Positions 1 through 10,600 are shown, counted from the first letter of the stretch. The stretch is DNA of 64,000 nucleotides from Thermoplasmatota archaeon (GCA_028279595.1 JANQNK010000003.1:224001-288000), one strand, 5' to 3'. The notes: generated by a model not told the origin, from the letters alone. Numbers and translations are program-made.

Positions 1-1928
1 ATGAACACGAAGTCGTGGGACCGCTCGATGACGGTCCTGTACCTCTCCTCGCTCTCCTTCAGGACCTCCGCCCACTGGCGTCTCTCCGTGATGTCCCTGA
101 CAGTGGCCTGAAGAACCCTCTTCCCGTGGAGCGTGAAGGCGGTCAGCCACACCTCTGCCGGGAAGTCGGTGCCATCCTTCCTCCGGTGGACCCACTCGAA
201 GCGGTTGTGGCCCTTCTCGAAGGCCGTTGCGATGCGCTCGTCCGCGGCCTCCATGGAATCGGTCCCGTCCGGCTGGGTGGGCGGGGACATGTCGGCGGGA
301 TGTGCGGTGACGAACTCGTCCATCGACGAAAGCCCGAACATCCTAAGTGTCGCCTCGTTGCAGTCGAAGAAGCCCTTCTCGTCGAGGAGCATTACAGCAT
401 CCATTGACGATTCGAAGAGCGTCCGGTAGCGTTCCTCGTTCTCCCTGAGGGCCATCTCGGCCTTCGTCCTCTCGGTCACGTCTATCATCTGCGTGACGTG
501 GCCTCCCTCGAAGAGCGAGAGCTCGAACTGGACCATCCTCTTGGTCCCGTCCCTGCAGGTGAGCTGGAATACGTTGGTCTCGGGCTCGAGCCCCGAGATG
601 ATGAGATTGATGTTCCGCCTGACCGCCTCGCGATACCCCTCGGTCGGATAGAGCTTCTCGTTCCACACGTCGATGTGCTCCATGTCCTCGTGGGTGTATC
701 CGGTGAGGGCCTCGGCGGCCGGATTGATCGAGATGATGGTCCCGTCGACGAGGACGACGATGGTGGGGATCGGGTTCTTCTCGATCGCGGCGAGTAGCCG
801 TTCCTCGGTCCTCGAGCGCTCCGCGGCCTCCGTCTGGAGCCGCTCGTTGGCCATTATGAGCTCGTCCGTGCATGCCTCGAGCTCCGCTATGTCCGCGTCG
901 TAGGGCTTCGCGGCGGCCTTCTCCGGAGGAATGGCCGGTCTCGCAATGCTCATGACCATCCGCTCGCCCTCGATGACCTGGATGTGGGAAATGAGCCTTA
1001 CCGGCAGGATGGTCCCGTCCTTCGCCCTGACGAGGGTGTCCATGGTCGCCTTTCCGTTCACGGTGAGGTCGTCGAGGTACCTGAAGATGTGTTCACGGTC
1101 CTCGGAGACGTCGAGGTCCTGCGGCTTCAGTTCGAGGAGTTCCTCGAGGGTGTATCCGAGACGTGCGCACCCGATCTCGTTCACTGCGACGAACTTGGCC
1201 GGTATCCCGTTCTCATCGAGCTCGTTCATCATCATCGGGTCTGCGATATCATCGAACAGATCGCTGATCCCACGGGCCAATAGCGGTTTACCCAGCATTA
1301 TGGACGGTTGAACGGGTTCCTGGTATTCGACAGGTGGCGTCCCTTCGACGTGCACCACCGGCTTGGGCCTCTCCTCTGCTATCCCGCCGAACGTTCTATG
1401 GACGACCTCCTCAGGTCCCATCTCGGACTGTGGAACCGCCTCGACCACTGTCGGCTCATCATCGTCATCCGGAGCCTCGTCTACCACAGGAGGTCCCACC
1501 AGAGATGCATCCGGGGCCGAGGAGTCCACCGGTCCTTGATATGGGATGGGTTCCGGCTCAACGATCGTACCTTCGGGGATATCGGCATCCGCTTCGAGTA
1601 CCGGGATCGCAGTGACATACTGTTTCGTCAGGGCCGCGTCACCGCTGAGGACGTCGTCGATGACGTCCGAGAGGTTCTTCCCCACCGGGACAAGGAGCAC
1701 GGTCGTGTCCGGGCTGCGCTCCCATATCTCCCTGGCGATCAGCATCTGGTCCGACCAGTCGACCTCCCGGTCGATGATAGCGATGGACAGGTCCTGAGTA
1801 CCAACGTGGGAATCAAGGAGGGACCAGTCGGTTATCGGTACGAACTCGGCGGGCTTTCCCTGGAGGGCGCTGGCTAGGCCTTCCAGAGCATGAGAACTCG
1901 TAACCAGCCCGATCCTTTCTCCCGCCAT
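1..1928 (-). CDS. Multi-PAS sensory protein with N-terminal degenerate receiver-like domain and Pro/Glu-rich linker; 3' end runs off the window
   Basis: Not in the ORF track because there is no stop in the window. Manual translation from ATG 1928 is open to base 1: MAGERIGLVTSSHALEGLASALQG...DLSIAIIDREVD...PDTTVLLV (REC-like), an acidic/Pro linker, then at least 3 PAS repeats (e.g. ERYRTLFESSMDAVMLLD...SPPTQPDG...WVHRRKDG...RDITER). TATA lies upstream. Confidence 0.85.
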   Translation of the reverse strand, partial: MAGERIGLVTSSHALEGLASALQGKPAEFVPITDWSLLDSHVGTQDLSIAIIDREVDWSDQMLIAREIWERSPDTTVLLVPVGKNLSDVIDDVLSGDAALTKQYVTAIPVLEADADIPEGTIVEPEPIPYQGPVDSSAPDASLVGPPVVDEAPDDDDEPTVVEAVPQSEMGPEEVVHRTFGGIAEERPKPVVHVEGTPPVEYQEPVQPSIMLGKPLLARGISDLFDDIADPMMMNELDENGIPAKFVAVNEIGCARLGYTLEELLELKPQDLDVSEDREHIFRYLDDLTVNGKATMDTLVRAKDGTILPVRLISHIQVIEGERMVMSIARPAIPPEKAAAKPYDADIAELEACTDELIMANERLQTEAAERSRTEERLLAAIEKNPIPTIVVLVDGTIISINPAAEALTGYTHEDMEHIDVWNEKLYPTEGYREAVRRNINLIISGLEPETNVFQLTCRDGTKRMVQFELSLFEGGHVTQMIDVTERTKAEMALRENEERYRTLFESSMDAVMLLDEKGFFDCNEATLRMFGLSSMDEFVTAHPADMSPPTQPDGTDSMEAADERIATAFEKGHNRFEWVHRRKDGTDFPAEVWLTAFTLHGKRVLQATVRDITERRQWAEVLKESEERYRTVIERSHDFVF

Positions 1929-1972
1929 TCGACCACAGTGCCCTCTGACCGGGGCAGTATAGTAATGGAGCG

Positions 1973-1980
1973 TTATAAAA
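1973..1980 (-). promoter_or_regulatory. Archaeal TATA box (TTTTATAA) with A-rich upstream segment
   Basis: Minus strand reads AATAAATAAAAACCTTTTATAA about 45 nt upstream of ATG 1928, in an otherwise GC-rich background. Confidence 0.6.
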
Positions 1981-2050
1981 GGTTTTTATTTATTGCTGGA
2001 CTGGCGGATACATTCGAGAGGACGATCGGCCTGACCATGCCTCTCGGGCT

Positions 2051-2446
2051 TCAGGACGTTATGGTACTACTTCCTTCCATTCCACGCAGGAGTAGCGCCC
2101 TTTCGACCACCGTGAGGATCTCAGCGTCGCAGAAGGGCTTGATTATCAGACCATGGGACCGGGTGCCATGGATCCTCTCCATCGTCGCATCGTCCGCATT
2201 GGCCGTGACATGGACGATCGATGCGTCGCACTTCCTGCTTATGATGCTCGATGCCTCGATCCCGTCCATATCCCCCTTCAAATGGACATCCATGAGGACG
2301 AGGTCCGGACCCTTCTCAATGACCTTCGACACGGCATCGAATCCCGTCCTGACCATATCGACGACCCTGTAGTTCCACTGTTCCAATCGCCTCTTGAGGT
2401 CCCTAGCGATGAGCATCTCGTCCTCTACAATGATTATCGTTCTCAT
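2051..2446 (-). CDS. Stand-alone response regulator (REC only)
   Basis: IIIVEDE...PDLVLMDVHL.G.MDG...VTA...IIKPF: acidic pocket, phospho-Asp, Thr and Lys are all present. GAGGT upstream. Confidence 0.92.
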   Translation of the reverse strand: MRTIIIVEDEMLIARDLKRRLEQWNYRVVDMVRTGFDAVSKVIEKGPDLVLMDVHLKGDMDGIEASSIISRKCDASIVHVTANADDATMERIHGTRSHGLIIKPFCDAEILTVVERALLLRGMEGSSTITS

Positions 2447-2455
2447 GGGGTGACC

Positions 2456-2908
2456 TCAAGCGTCTGATGGGCTCGGCTCGTTGTTGATCGATGCTGCCAG
2501 GTCCCTCGATAGGGGTTCCTCGACCATCCTGCACTGGTCATTCAGAGCTCGACGCATCACTACGGATTCGATTATCGAGACGAGTTCGTTGTCCGAGAAC
2601 GGTTTGATTATCACATCAGAGGACCTGAGTCCAAGGCGGTCCATTGTTGATGGGTCACTGCTCGCGGTCACGAAAAGAACTGCACTATCGCACTTTCTGG
2701 TGATGAATTCAATGGTCTCTATCCCATCCATGGCGCCCACAAGCTGGATGTCCATCAGGATGATATCGGGGCATGTCTCGATGGCCGTCGAGACCGCCTC
2801 CTCTCCCGTTCTGCTCATGCCGATGACCTCGTAGCCGAGCCTCTCGAGCCGGTGTTTGAGATCCGTGGCTATTACCATTTCATCCTCTACGATCAGAACC
2901 CTATTCAT
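2456..2908 (-). CDS. Stand-alone response regulator (REC with short C-terminal tail)
   Basis: MNRVLIVEDE...PDIILMDIQL.G.MDG...VTA...IIKPF. Start moved from 3031 to ATG 2908, which follows a GGAGGTG SD. Confidence 0.9.
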   Translation of the reverse strand: MNRVLIVEDEMVIATDLKHRLERLGYEVIGMSRTGEEAVSTAIETCPDIILMDIQLVGAMDGIETIEFITRKCDSAVLFVTASSDPSTMDRLGLRSSDVIIKPFSDNELVSIIESVVMRRALNDQCRMVEEPLSRDLAASINNEPSPSDA

Positions 2909-3069
2909 GAGGCCCACCTCCTGTTGCAGGGTTGGGGCCCGGGTAACGGGGGACCTTGCAAAAGGCGGAGGTGATGCCACCGATGCAGGTAGAAGACGCA
3001 ATATCGTCCCCGGACCCATGTGATTGTTCATCCTGATGAATCGAAATTCCCACTGTCCATCCCCCTTGT

Positions 3070-3255
3070 TCAGTTCCTGATATGGTTGACCTCGATGTTG
3101 TTCGCCTTCGAAGTGCAGACCATTGCCATCCAGGTCGACGGCCTTATTCCCAGTTCCTTGCTGATCTGTTTGATCTCATCGTAGATCTGCTCCTGGAGGG
3201 TGATCGTGACCCTGACCTTCCTGCCATCGTTCTGATGCACTTCGACGTCTTGCAT
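3070..3255 (-). CDS. Small ribbon-helix-helix (CopG/MetJ-like) DNA-binding protein
   Basis: KVRVTITL (alternating beta strand), QEQIYDEIKQISKELG (helix A plus Gly turn), IRPSTWMAMVC (helix B) is the RHH pattern. AT-rich promoter region upstream. Confidence 0.7.
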   Translation of the reverse strand: MQDVEVHQNDGRKVRVTITLQEQIYDEIKQISKELGIRPSTWMAMVCTSKANNIEVNHIRN

Positions 3256-3348
3256 GATACTACAAGGTGCTTTTCAAAACCATATTGTTTCTGTAAAGAA
3301 CGTGGAAAACGTTGAAAGAATCAGTTTTCGATCTTATCCCGGAACGGT

Positions 3349-5934
3349 CTATCTCTTGAACAGGCTCCTCCCCTTCTCCGTGAGGTCGAAGGATTTGGAC
3401 TTCCCTTTCCTCGTTTCGGATATGTAACCAAGCCCTGTCAGTTGATTCACGCGTTTCCTGGCGGTCGGCCGGCTGATCCTCAGCTCCTCCACGAGGGTAA
3501 GATATGTCGGGCTGATGTTCTTGTCGTGCTGGTCGACGATTAACCGGAGCACATCCATCAATTGAGCAGACAACATCGTTTCGTGGAGCGGCAGTAGGTC
3601 CTCGCATTCGATCTCCAGCTGTCGCATCTGGGATTCATCGATAGCATCCGGATTTGCAGCGATTATCACTATCAGGTCCTTGAGGTAGGCCAATTCCCTG
3701 ACCTCCTGGACGAATGCCAATGTCCTGTCGAACCCGTTCTTCGTTGATAGGTATCCGATACCATCGATCAGAACGGCCTCTCTGGGAGAGAGTCCCTCGA
3801 TGGTCCGCTCTATACCTTCAACGTCCGGCGAGAACGCCTCCTCGCTCTCTCGGCTGGCAAGCCAGTGGAAGTCGTACTCACCTTGGATGGACCGTCTGAA
3901 CGACTTCTCCGGCGTTCGCGAGAAGACCGTGGTATACAGGCCGATATTTAGCAGGTCCTGCAGGGACTCGAGAGAGCGGTCTGAAACCTTCTCCTTGACG
4001 AGGTAGGTTCCACCATCCTCGAGTCGATATCTCATCAATCGCCTTCTCAGTTCCATCTCAGCCTCCTTCCGGTGCGTGATGTCCCTCCCAGATGCGAAAA
4101 GGATGTTCTTATCCGGGTCCGGATTGATGGTCCATGCGACCCAGCGTGTACTTCCATCCTTCGCCATCATGAGGTCCTCGACCCGTAGGCTCCTCTCTCC
4201 CCGCTCCATGGCTTCTTTGATCCTAGCCAGGTTCTTCCCAACGGTCCGAGGGTGGATGATATCGAGGATCGATCGTGAGATCAGGTCCGTCTCCTCATAT
4301 CCCAGGATGTTATGGAATGATGAATTGACCTTCATGAACGTGTAATCCTCCAGGTCGACCATGCAGACGAGGTCCGATGATACCTCGAAGTAGCTCTCGA
4401 TCTCCCTTTCCATCTCCTTCCGCTCAGTAAGGTCGACGATGGTCTGGAAGAGGTACGTCTTTCCGCCGATCTCTATCAACTGACCGTGGAAGAGCCCGTA
4501 CTTCTCGGTCCCGTCCTTCGCTATCGCCTTCAGCTCGATCCCTGAATAGAGACCGTCCCTCCTGATCAGCTCCACGAGTGTCCCGACGTCAGCTGGATCG
4601 ACGATCGCAAGCTGGTCCCGTGTCTTCCCTATGATCTCATCCCTCTGGTATCCCAATTTCCGGATGCCGTTCTCGTTCATATCGATGATCCGGCCGTCCT
4701 CGAGGTTGCTGATGACAAGCACGTTCGGGCTAGTCTCGAACAGTTTGTGGAACTTTTCTTCGCTCTCCATTAGGGCCATTTCCGACTCCTTCCGTCGTGT
4801 TATGTCCCGCCCGATGGAGATCATGTACTTCGGCTCACCAGAATCGTCCTCGATGACCGAGACCTGGTATTCTGTAGGGACCCTTCGACCGTCCTTGCAT
4901 ATCAATTCCAGCTCGATCGTTCCGGTCCCTTCATCGATGACCGTCTGGATGAAAGAGCCAGCCTCTGCGAGGTCCTCTTCGCTGTAATACGAAGCCGGAG
5001 CCGGCATCCCGGCTATCTCCTCGTCGGTGTAGCCAGTGACATCGTTGAAGGCCTTGTTCCATCTGATCGCTTTTCCGGTCGCCGGTTCGAACAGGAAGAA
5101 TGTGTCCATCTGAGCGTCGAGGGCAGTATCGGTGAATTCCTTCTCCTCTAGAAGTGCCTTCTCCGCCCTCCGTCGCTCGCTGATATCCTTGGCGTACACG
5201 GCAATGCTCAAGACCTCCCCGTCCGTGTCGAAGACCGGATACAGACTGTTCTCGAAGTACCTTCCATCCCTTTCATCCTCGAACCTTACTGGCTTCTTTG
5301 TACCAACGACCATCTCGGCGTACTTCAATCTCGATTCCACCAGGGTTGGCGGCAGGTAGTCGGTTATTTCTGATCCGACCAATGCATCCGGACTTCTGCC
5401 AAGTCGGTCCGCCGCGATATCATTGATCGCCAAAATCCTTCCGCCCTCTCCGACCAGCATGGCGGACTCCAAGGGAGCGTTCAGGAGGGCCTTGAGCAGC
5501 TCCTCGTCCTGACGCATATGGTTCTCCCTTTCCATCTGCTCGGTGATATCACGGACTATCGCCTGGATTATCGTCTCCCCATCGAACTCGACGCAGTTGA
5601 GCGAGACCTCTGCGTCGAACTCGGTCCCGTCGAGTCTGGAATGCTTCCAGTAGAACCTCTGGTCCCTTCCCTTGACGCATGACGTGATCATCTCCTGTGC
5701 CTTATCCTTGGAAGACCTGCCATCCGGTTGTATCTCTGGAGAAAACTCCCATGGGCTCCGACCGATGATGTCCTCCTTCGATTTGCAACCGTAGATCTCG
5801 AGCGTTTTCGGGTTGCACTCCGTGAAGATTTCGCCATCCATCGTGAAGATGGCATCATTGGCCTTTTCGAACAGTGTCCGATATCTGATCTCCGACTCTG
5901 ATTGGGAATCTACTGCAGACTCACCTGCATTCAT
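3349..5934 (-). CDS. One-component regulator: about 5 PAS domains + DUF835 (inactivated KaiC-like) + C-terminal winged HTH
   Basis: Repeated PAS units end in RDITxRK. GGTYLVKE...VFSRTP...HWLA...AVLIDGIGYLSTKNGFDRTLAFVQEVRE...IIAANPDAIDE matches DUF835. PTYLTLVEELRISRPTARKRVNQLTGLGYI...LTEKG is a wHTH. Start set at ATG 5934 after GGGGTGA. Confidence 0.8.
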   Translation of the reverse strand: MNAGESAVDSQSESEIRYRTLFEKANDAIFTMDGEIFTECNPKTLEIYGCKSKEDIIGRSPWEFSPEIQPDGRSSKDKAQEMITSCVKGRDQRFYWKHSRLDGTEFDAEVSLNCVEFDGETIIQAIVRDITEQMERENHMRQDEELLKALLNAPLESAMLVGEGGRILAINDIAADRLGRSPDALVGSEITDYLPPTLVESRLKYAEMVVGTKKPVRFEDERDGRYFENSLYPVFDTDGEVLSIAVYAKDISERRRAEKALLEEKEFTDTALDAQMDTFFLFEPATGKAIRWNKAFNDVTGYTDEEIAGMPAPASYYSEEDLAEAGSFIQTVIDEGTGTIELELICKDGRRVPTEYQVSVIEDDSGEPKYMISIGRDITRRKESEMALMESEEKFHKLFETSPNVLVISNLEDGRIIDMNENGIRKLGYQRDEIIGKTRDQLAIVDPADVGTLVELIRRDGLYSGIELKAIAKDGTEKYGLFHGQLIEIGGKTYLFQTIVDLTERKEMEREIESYFEVSSDLVCMVDLEDYTFMKVNSSFHNILGYEETDLISRSILDIIHPRTVGKNLARIKEAMERGERSLRVEDLMMAKDGSTRWVAWTINPDPDKNILFASGRDITHRKEAEMELRRRLMRYRLEDGGTYLVKEKVSDRSLESLQDLLNIGLYTTVFSRTPEKSFRRSIQGEYDFHWLASRESEEAFSPDVEGIERTIEGLSPREAVLIDGIGYLSTKNGFDRTLAFVQEVRELAYLKDLIVIIAANPDAIDESQMRQLEIECEDLLPLHETMLSAQLMDVLRLIVDQHDKNISPTYLTLVEELRISRPTARKRVNQLTGLGYISETRKGKSKSFDLTEKGRSLFKR

Positions 5935-6072
5935 TGCAGTCACCCCGATGGATAATTTCCATCGTTCTGAATCCATTTAACCTTTTCCATGTTCTTTCAG
6001 GAAAACGGCTAGCCAGTAGGTAAATTGAAAGGGTGATTTTCAATGAAGTGGAAATAGTCACTAATGGTGGTC

Positions 6073-7611
6073 TCACTTGGCCTTGGGGAGTTCTATCCAG
6101 AACTTGCTGCCCTTGCCGGGGGCGGATTCGACACCAACATAACCGTTCATACGGTCCATTCCCTTCTTTACTATAGCCAATCCAAGGCCGGTACCGGGAT
6201 AGGACTCGAGGCTGTGCAACCTCTCGAAGACCTGGAATATCTTCTGCTGATACTCGAACGGGATCCCGATCCCGTTGTCCTCGACCCAGACCCGGACGAT
6301 GTTCTCCTCCTCCTCGGCGTAGATCCTCACGATCGGAACGACGTTCGGATCGACGAACTTGAAGGAGTTCGTCATGAGGTTCATGAAGACGGTGGTCAGG
6401 GTCGGCCTGTGGGCGATGACCTCGGGCAGAGGGTCGTCGACGAAGACGTCGGCCTCCTTCTCCTGGACCATCGTCTCGAGCTGGGCTACCGCGTCGAGCA
6501 CCACCGATTCGAGATGGACCCTCTCGGTCTCGATGTCAGGGATGTTGAGCCTGCTGTAGATGAGGAGGTCGGATATCAGCGAGTCCATGCGCCCCGAGGC
6601 CCCGACGATCCTGTTGAGGTAGTCGACACCTGTCTCGTCGAGCACCTCTCCGTAGTCCTCCATCAGGGCCTGGCTGAATCCCTCCATGGCCCTGAGAGGC
6701 GCCCTCAGGTCGTGTGAAACGGAATAGGCGAAGGTCTCCAGAGCGGCGTTCGCCTCGGCGAGCTCCTCGTTCGTGTCCTCGAGCTCGGAGGTCCTCTGAT
6801 CTACGAGGTCCTTCAGATGTTCCCGGTATCTGGTGAGCTCTGCTTCCGCAGCCTTCCTCTCGGATATATCACGGATCGCGACCACAAGGCCGGTTATCTC
6901 GCCCTGCTCGTTGTATATGAAGGAGCCCTCGAACTCAACGTCAAGGTCTCCCCGGGACGCCGTCCTGATCACGGATTCCTTCAGCCCCATGAGGGCGATG
7001 TGCGCACCCTGCTCCGCTCCCTTGGCATTGCTCTCGGCGCTGTGGTCCTTCACGCCCACGACGTCGATGACCTCGTTGAGAGGCCTGTCCATCGAGTCCT
7101 GGATGCTCCACCCGGTGATCTCCTCGGCCATCGGGTTCATGAAGGTGATCTTCCCATCGGTGTCGGAGGCGACGATTCCGTCCTTGATGCTGTTTAGCAC
7201 GGTGGAGAGCCACTTCTCGTTCTCCTTCATCCTCAGCTCCACGCCGTGCTTCGAGAGGGCCATCTCGATCGTCGTGTAGATCTCCCTCTCCACGAATGGC
7301 TTGATGATGTAGCCATACGGTTGGGTCCCCTTCGCCCTGTCCAGTGTCGTGTCGTCGGCGTATGCCGTGAGATAGACGATGGGGATATCCTCCTCGGCGC
7401 GTATCTTCTCGGCGGCGCTGATACCGTCCATCTTCCCCTTGAGCCTGATGTCCATTATGACGAGGTCGGGGAGCTCCTCGAGGGTCTGGTCAATAGCCTT
7501 CTTGCCGGACCCGACTATTCCGATAACGGTATAGCCCAATCTGTCCAGGGTGTTCGCGAGGTCCTTTCCGACCAGCTGTTCGTCCTCGACGATCAATATC
7601 CTAGCTCTCAT
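6073..7611 (-). CDS. Hybrid histidine kinase REC-PAS-HisKA-HATPase
   Basis: N-terminal REC (IVEDE, IMD, IIKPF), one PAS, H-box SVSHDLRAPL, N-box NLMTNSFKF, G-boxes DNGIGI and GTGLGL. Confidence 0.95.
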   Translation of the reverse strand: MRARILIVEDEQLVGKDLANTLDRLGYTVIGIVGSGKKAIDQTLEELPDLVIMDIRLKGKMDGISAAEKIRAEEDIPIVYLTAYADDTTLDRAKGTQPYGYIIKPFVEREIYTTIEMALSKHGVELRMKENEKWLSTVLNSIKDGIVASDTDGKITFMNPMAEEITGWSIQDSMDRPLNEVIDVVGVKDHSAESNAKGAEQGAHIALMGLKESVIRTASRGDLDVEFEGSFIYNEQGEITGLVVAIRDISERKAAEAELTRYREHLKDLVDQRTSELEDTNEELAEANAALETFAYSVSHDLRAPLRAMEGFSQALMEDYGEVLDETGVDYLNRIVGASGRMDSLISDLLIYSRLNIPDIETERVHLESVVLDAVAQLETMVQEKEADVFVDDPLPEVIAHRPTLTTVFMNLMTNSFKFVDPNVVPIVRIYAEEEENIVRVWVEDNGIGIPFEYQQKIFQVFERLHSLESYPGTGLGLAIVKKGMDRMNGYVGVESAPGKGSKFWIELPKAK

Positions 7612-10600
7612 CGCCCGTCTCCTCTTCTATCTTGAATACGATGTTGAACGACGTTCCCTTCTTCCTGTCGAGGTCGATCTCACCCTCGAGCTGGGACACG
7701 AGGGTGGTTACCAGTTCCAGTCCGAGGGTCTCGGTGTTACGGAAATCGATCTCTTCCGGGATCCCGGACCCGTTGTCCTTGATCCTGAGGGCCATCATCC
7801 CCCCGTCATCGGCCAGTGTCACCTCTATGCGCCCCTTCTGGCCCTCGGGGAACGCGTGCTTGAGGCTGTTGGAGATCAGTTCGTTGACTATGAGGCCGGC
7901 TGGAACACCCCGGTCGATGCCGATGAAGATCGGTTCTCCGTGGACGTCGAACCTGATCTTGTTCGGGTCGACCCCGTAGGATTGCATCAGATGGGTTCCA
8001 AGGCTCTCAATGTATTCGTAGAAATTGATCCTGGACAGGTCCTTTGATTGGTAGAGCTTGTCGTGGATGAGTGCCATTGACCTAACACGGTTCTGGCTCT
8101 CGTTGAAGACGGACCGCATGGCATCCTCGTCGATGTATCCCGCCTGGAGGTTGATCATTGACGAGATCACCTGCATGTTGTTCTTTACACGGTGGTGGAT
8201 CTCCTTCAGCATCACCTCCTTCTCGGCGAGGGAGTCACGGATCACCTTCTCGGCCCTCTTCCTCAGAGTGATGTCCCTGCAGATGAGCTCAAGCCCGGAT
8301 ACCTGCCCTCCTTTCGTGATCAATCCGGGGAATATCTCGAGCCAGGTGCGGCCCTCTCCAGTATCGATCTTCACCTCGATCGGACCTATGTCCTCCCCTT
8401 CAAGGAGTTGGAGGAACATCTCGAAATAATCGTCTATCCTGTCCTCCTCCACGAAGTCGAGGTCTGCGAACGAGCGCCCCCGAATGTCCTCCTTCGGGAA
8501 TATGGCGATGCTCGATGTCGCAGCGTTGTAATCCATGATCTTCCCTTCGGAATCGATGATCACGATGGCCTCCGGAGATGCGTCGAAGAGGTTGCGATAC
8601 CTTTCCTCACTCTCCATCAGGTCGATCTCCGACCTCTTTCTCTCGGTTACGTCGTGAAGTACCGTGATCACCCTTGTGACCTCGCCACCTTCGACCACCG
8701 GGATCTTCGAGGTCTCAGTGATGATCCTCCTCCCATCGATAACATTGTCTTCATTCGTTCCTAATGGTTCCCGGCCATCTATGACCTGATTGTACTCTTC
8801 CCACACGGTCGGGGGAAGGAAGGGAAAGATATCCGGGAGCTTCCTATCCATGAATGGCCCCTCGATACCCAACCCCGACGTCCACTCTGTGAACCTGTCG
8901 TTGTGGAGTACTATCCTCAGGTCTGTGTCGACCACATGGAGCGGGTCGATCATGGAATCGATCGTCGTCCTGTAGAACCTCTCGGACCGTCGGAGGGTCT
9001 GATCGGCCTTCATCCGTTCCGTGATGTCCCGGGTCATGCTCTGCATGTACTCCTTGCCGCCGAAGGAGACCTTGGTACTCTCGAACTCGATCGGGACGAG
9101 GGCGCCGCCCGGTTGCAGGAAGTCGAGCTCTGCGGAACCACCCTGCCCCTCCTTGGCGATCCTGAAGAAGGTCTTCCTTGCGGCATCGACCTTGTCCTCA
9201 GGTCTCAGTTCCCATATCCTCATACCACATAGGGAATCGTAATCCCTTCCCGTCTGCCTCTCGAACTCGGAGTTGCAATCGACGATCACTCCGGTCTCGA
9301 CGTCGATCAGGACTATCCCGTCCTTAGCCTCCTCGAACAACGATCTGTACTTCTCCTCGCTCTCCATGATAGCGACATTTACCCTCTTCCTCTCGGTGAT
9401 GTCCTTCGAAACTACACAGAGGGCATCCTGGCCGCCCACAGGGATGACCACACCGCTGACCTCGACGTCGATCTTCGTGCCGTCCTTCCGGATGTAGCTC
9501 CTCTCGCCGATGAACTTGCTCCTCTCGGCGAGCAGGTCCTCGATCTTGGAATCGATATCGTCCTTGGGGTGATCTATGAACGAATAGATCATGAGGTCGT
9601 CCATCTCGTTATCGTCATAGCCGATGAATCCCTGGAATGCAGCGTTCCATTCAGTGACCTTTCGGGTTTCAGGGTTCATGATGAATATTCCGTTGGGGCT
9701 CTGTTCTATAGCAGCCCGGTACTTGGCCTCGCTCTCCCTCAATGCCTCTTCCGCCTGCTTCCTCTCGGTGATGTCTGTGAAGGCTGCTACCATTACCCCT
9801 GGGGATGTCTGGAAGGCGTGTACCTCGAACGCGCCGGCGATCCTGTCGTCCTGATACTCGACATGCTCCGTCCTCCACGGTATACCGTTTCCAGCGGCCC
9901 GGCGGTACATGTCCGGTATCTCAGTCCCATCCAGCGGCGGGAACGCCTCCTCGATGGTCTTTCCGATGAACTGCTGGTTGTCAACACCTAGTATATCGTC
10001 GGCCGTACGGTTCGCACCGACGAAGACAAGGCGTCCGTCGTCGGAGAGAGCGTAGATGTGCATGCCGATGGGCGTCGAGTTGACTATGTTCCTGAACCCC
10101 TCCTCGCTCTCCCTGAGCGCCTTCTCGGCCGCCTTGCTCTCCGTGACGTCGCGGATGACCCCCTGGTACCATGTGCTCTCCCCATCGTCGCCCGTACGCA
10201 GCGTCGCTGTAAGCAGACAGTCCACGACCGCACCCTTCTTGTGATCAAGCTGGATCTCGAAGTCCCTGACGAACCCGCGGGATTCGATCTCGGAGATGAA
10301 CCGCGCCCTGTCCTTCGGGTCCCTGTAAAGCTCTGCGACGTTCATCTCCCGTAGTTCGGACATGGGATAGCCGAGGAGGTCGATACCTGCCTGGTTGAGC
10401 TCCACGAAGTTCCCGTCCCTCGTCGTGATGAAGACCGGGTCCCTGGAGCTCTCGAAAAGTGTCCTGAACTTCTCCTCCGAGACCTTCAGGGCATCGAGGA
10501 TCAATGCCTGTTCCGAAATGTCGGTGACGATGCCGAGGATCGCCCTGCCACCCTCGTAATCGATCAGTTTGGAGGTCACAATCGCCCGGATCTCGTCTCC

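Noticed and set aside
6073-7611. Phytochrome or light-sensor call for the hybrid kinase
   Set aside because: There is no PAS-GAF-PHY module or chromophore motif, and I saw no LOV GxNCRFLQ motif in any PAS domain of the cluster.
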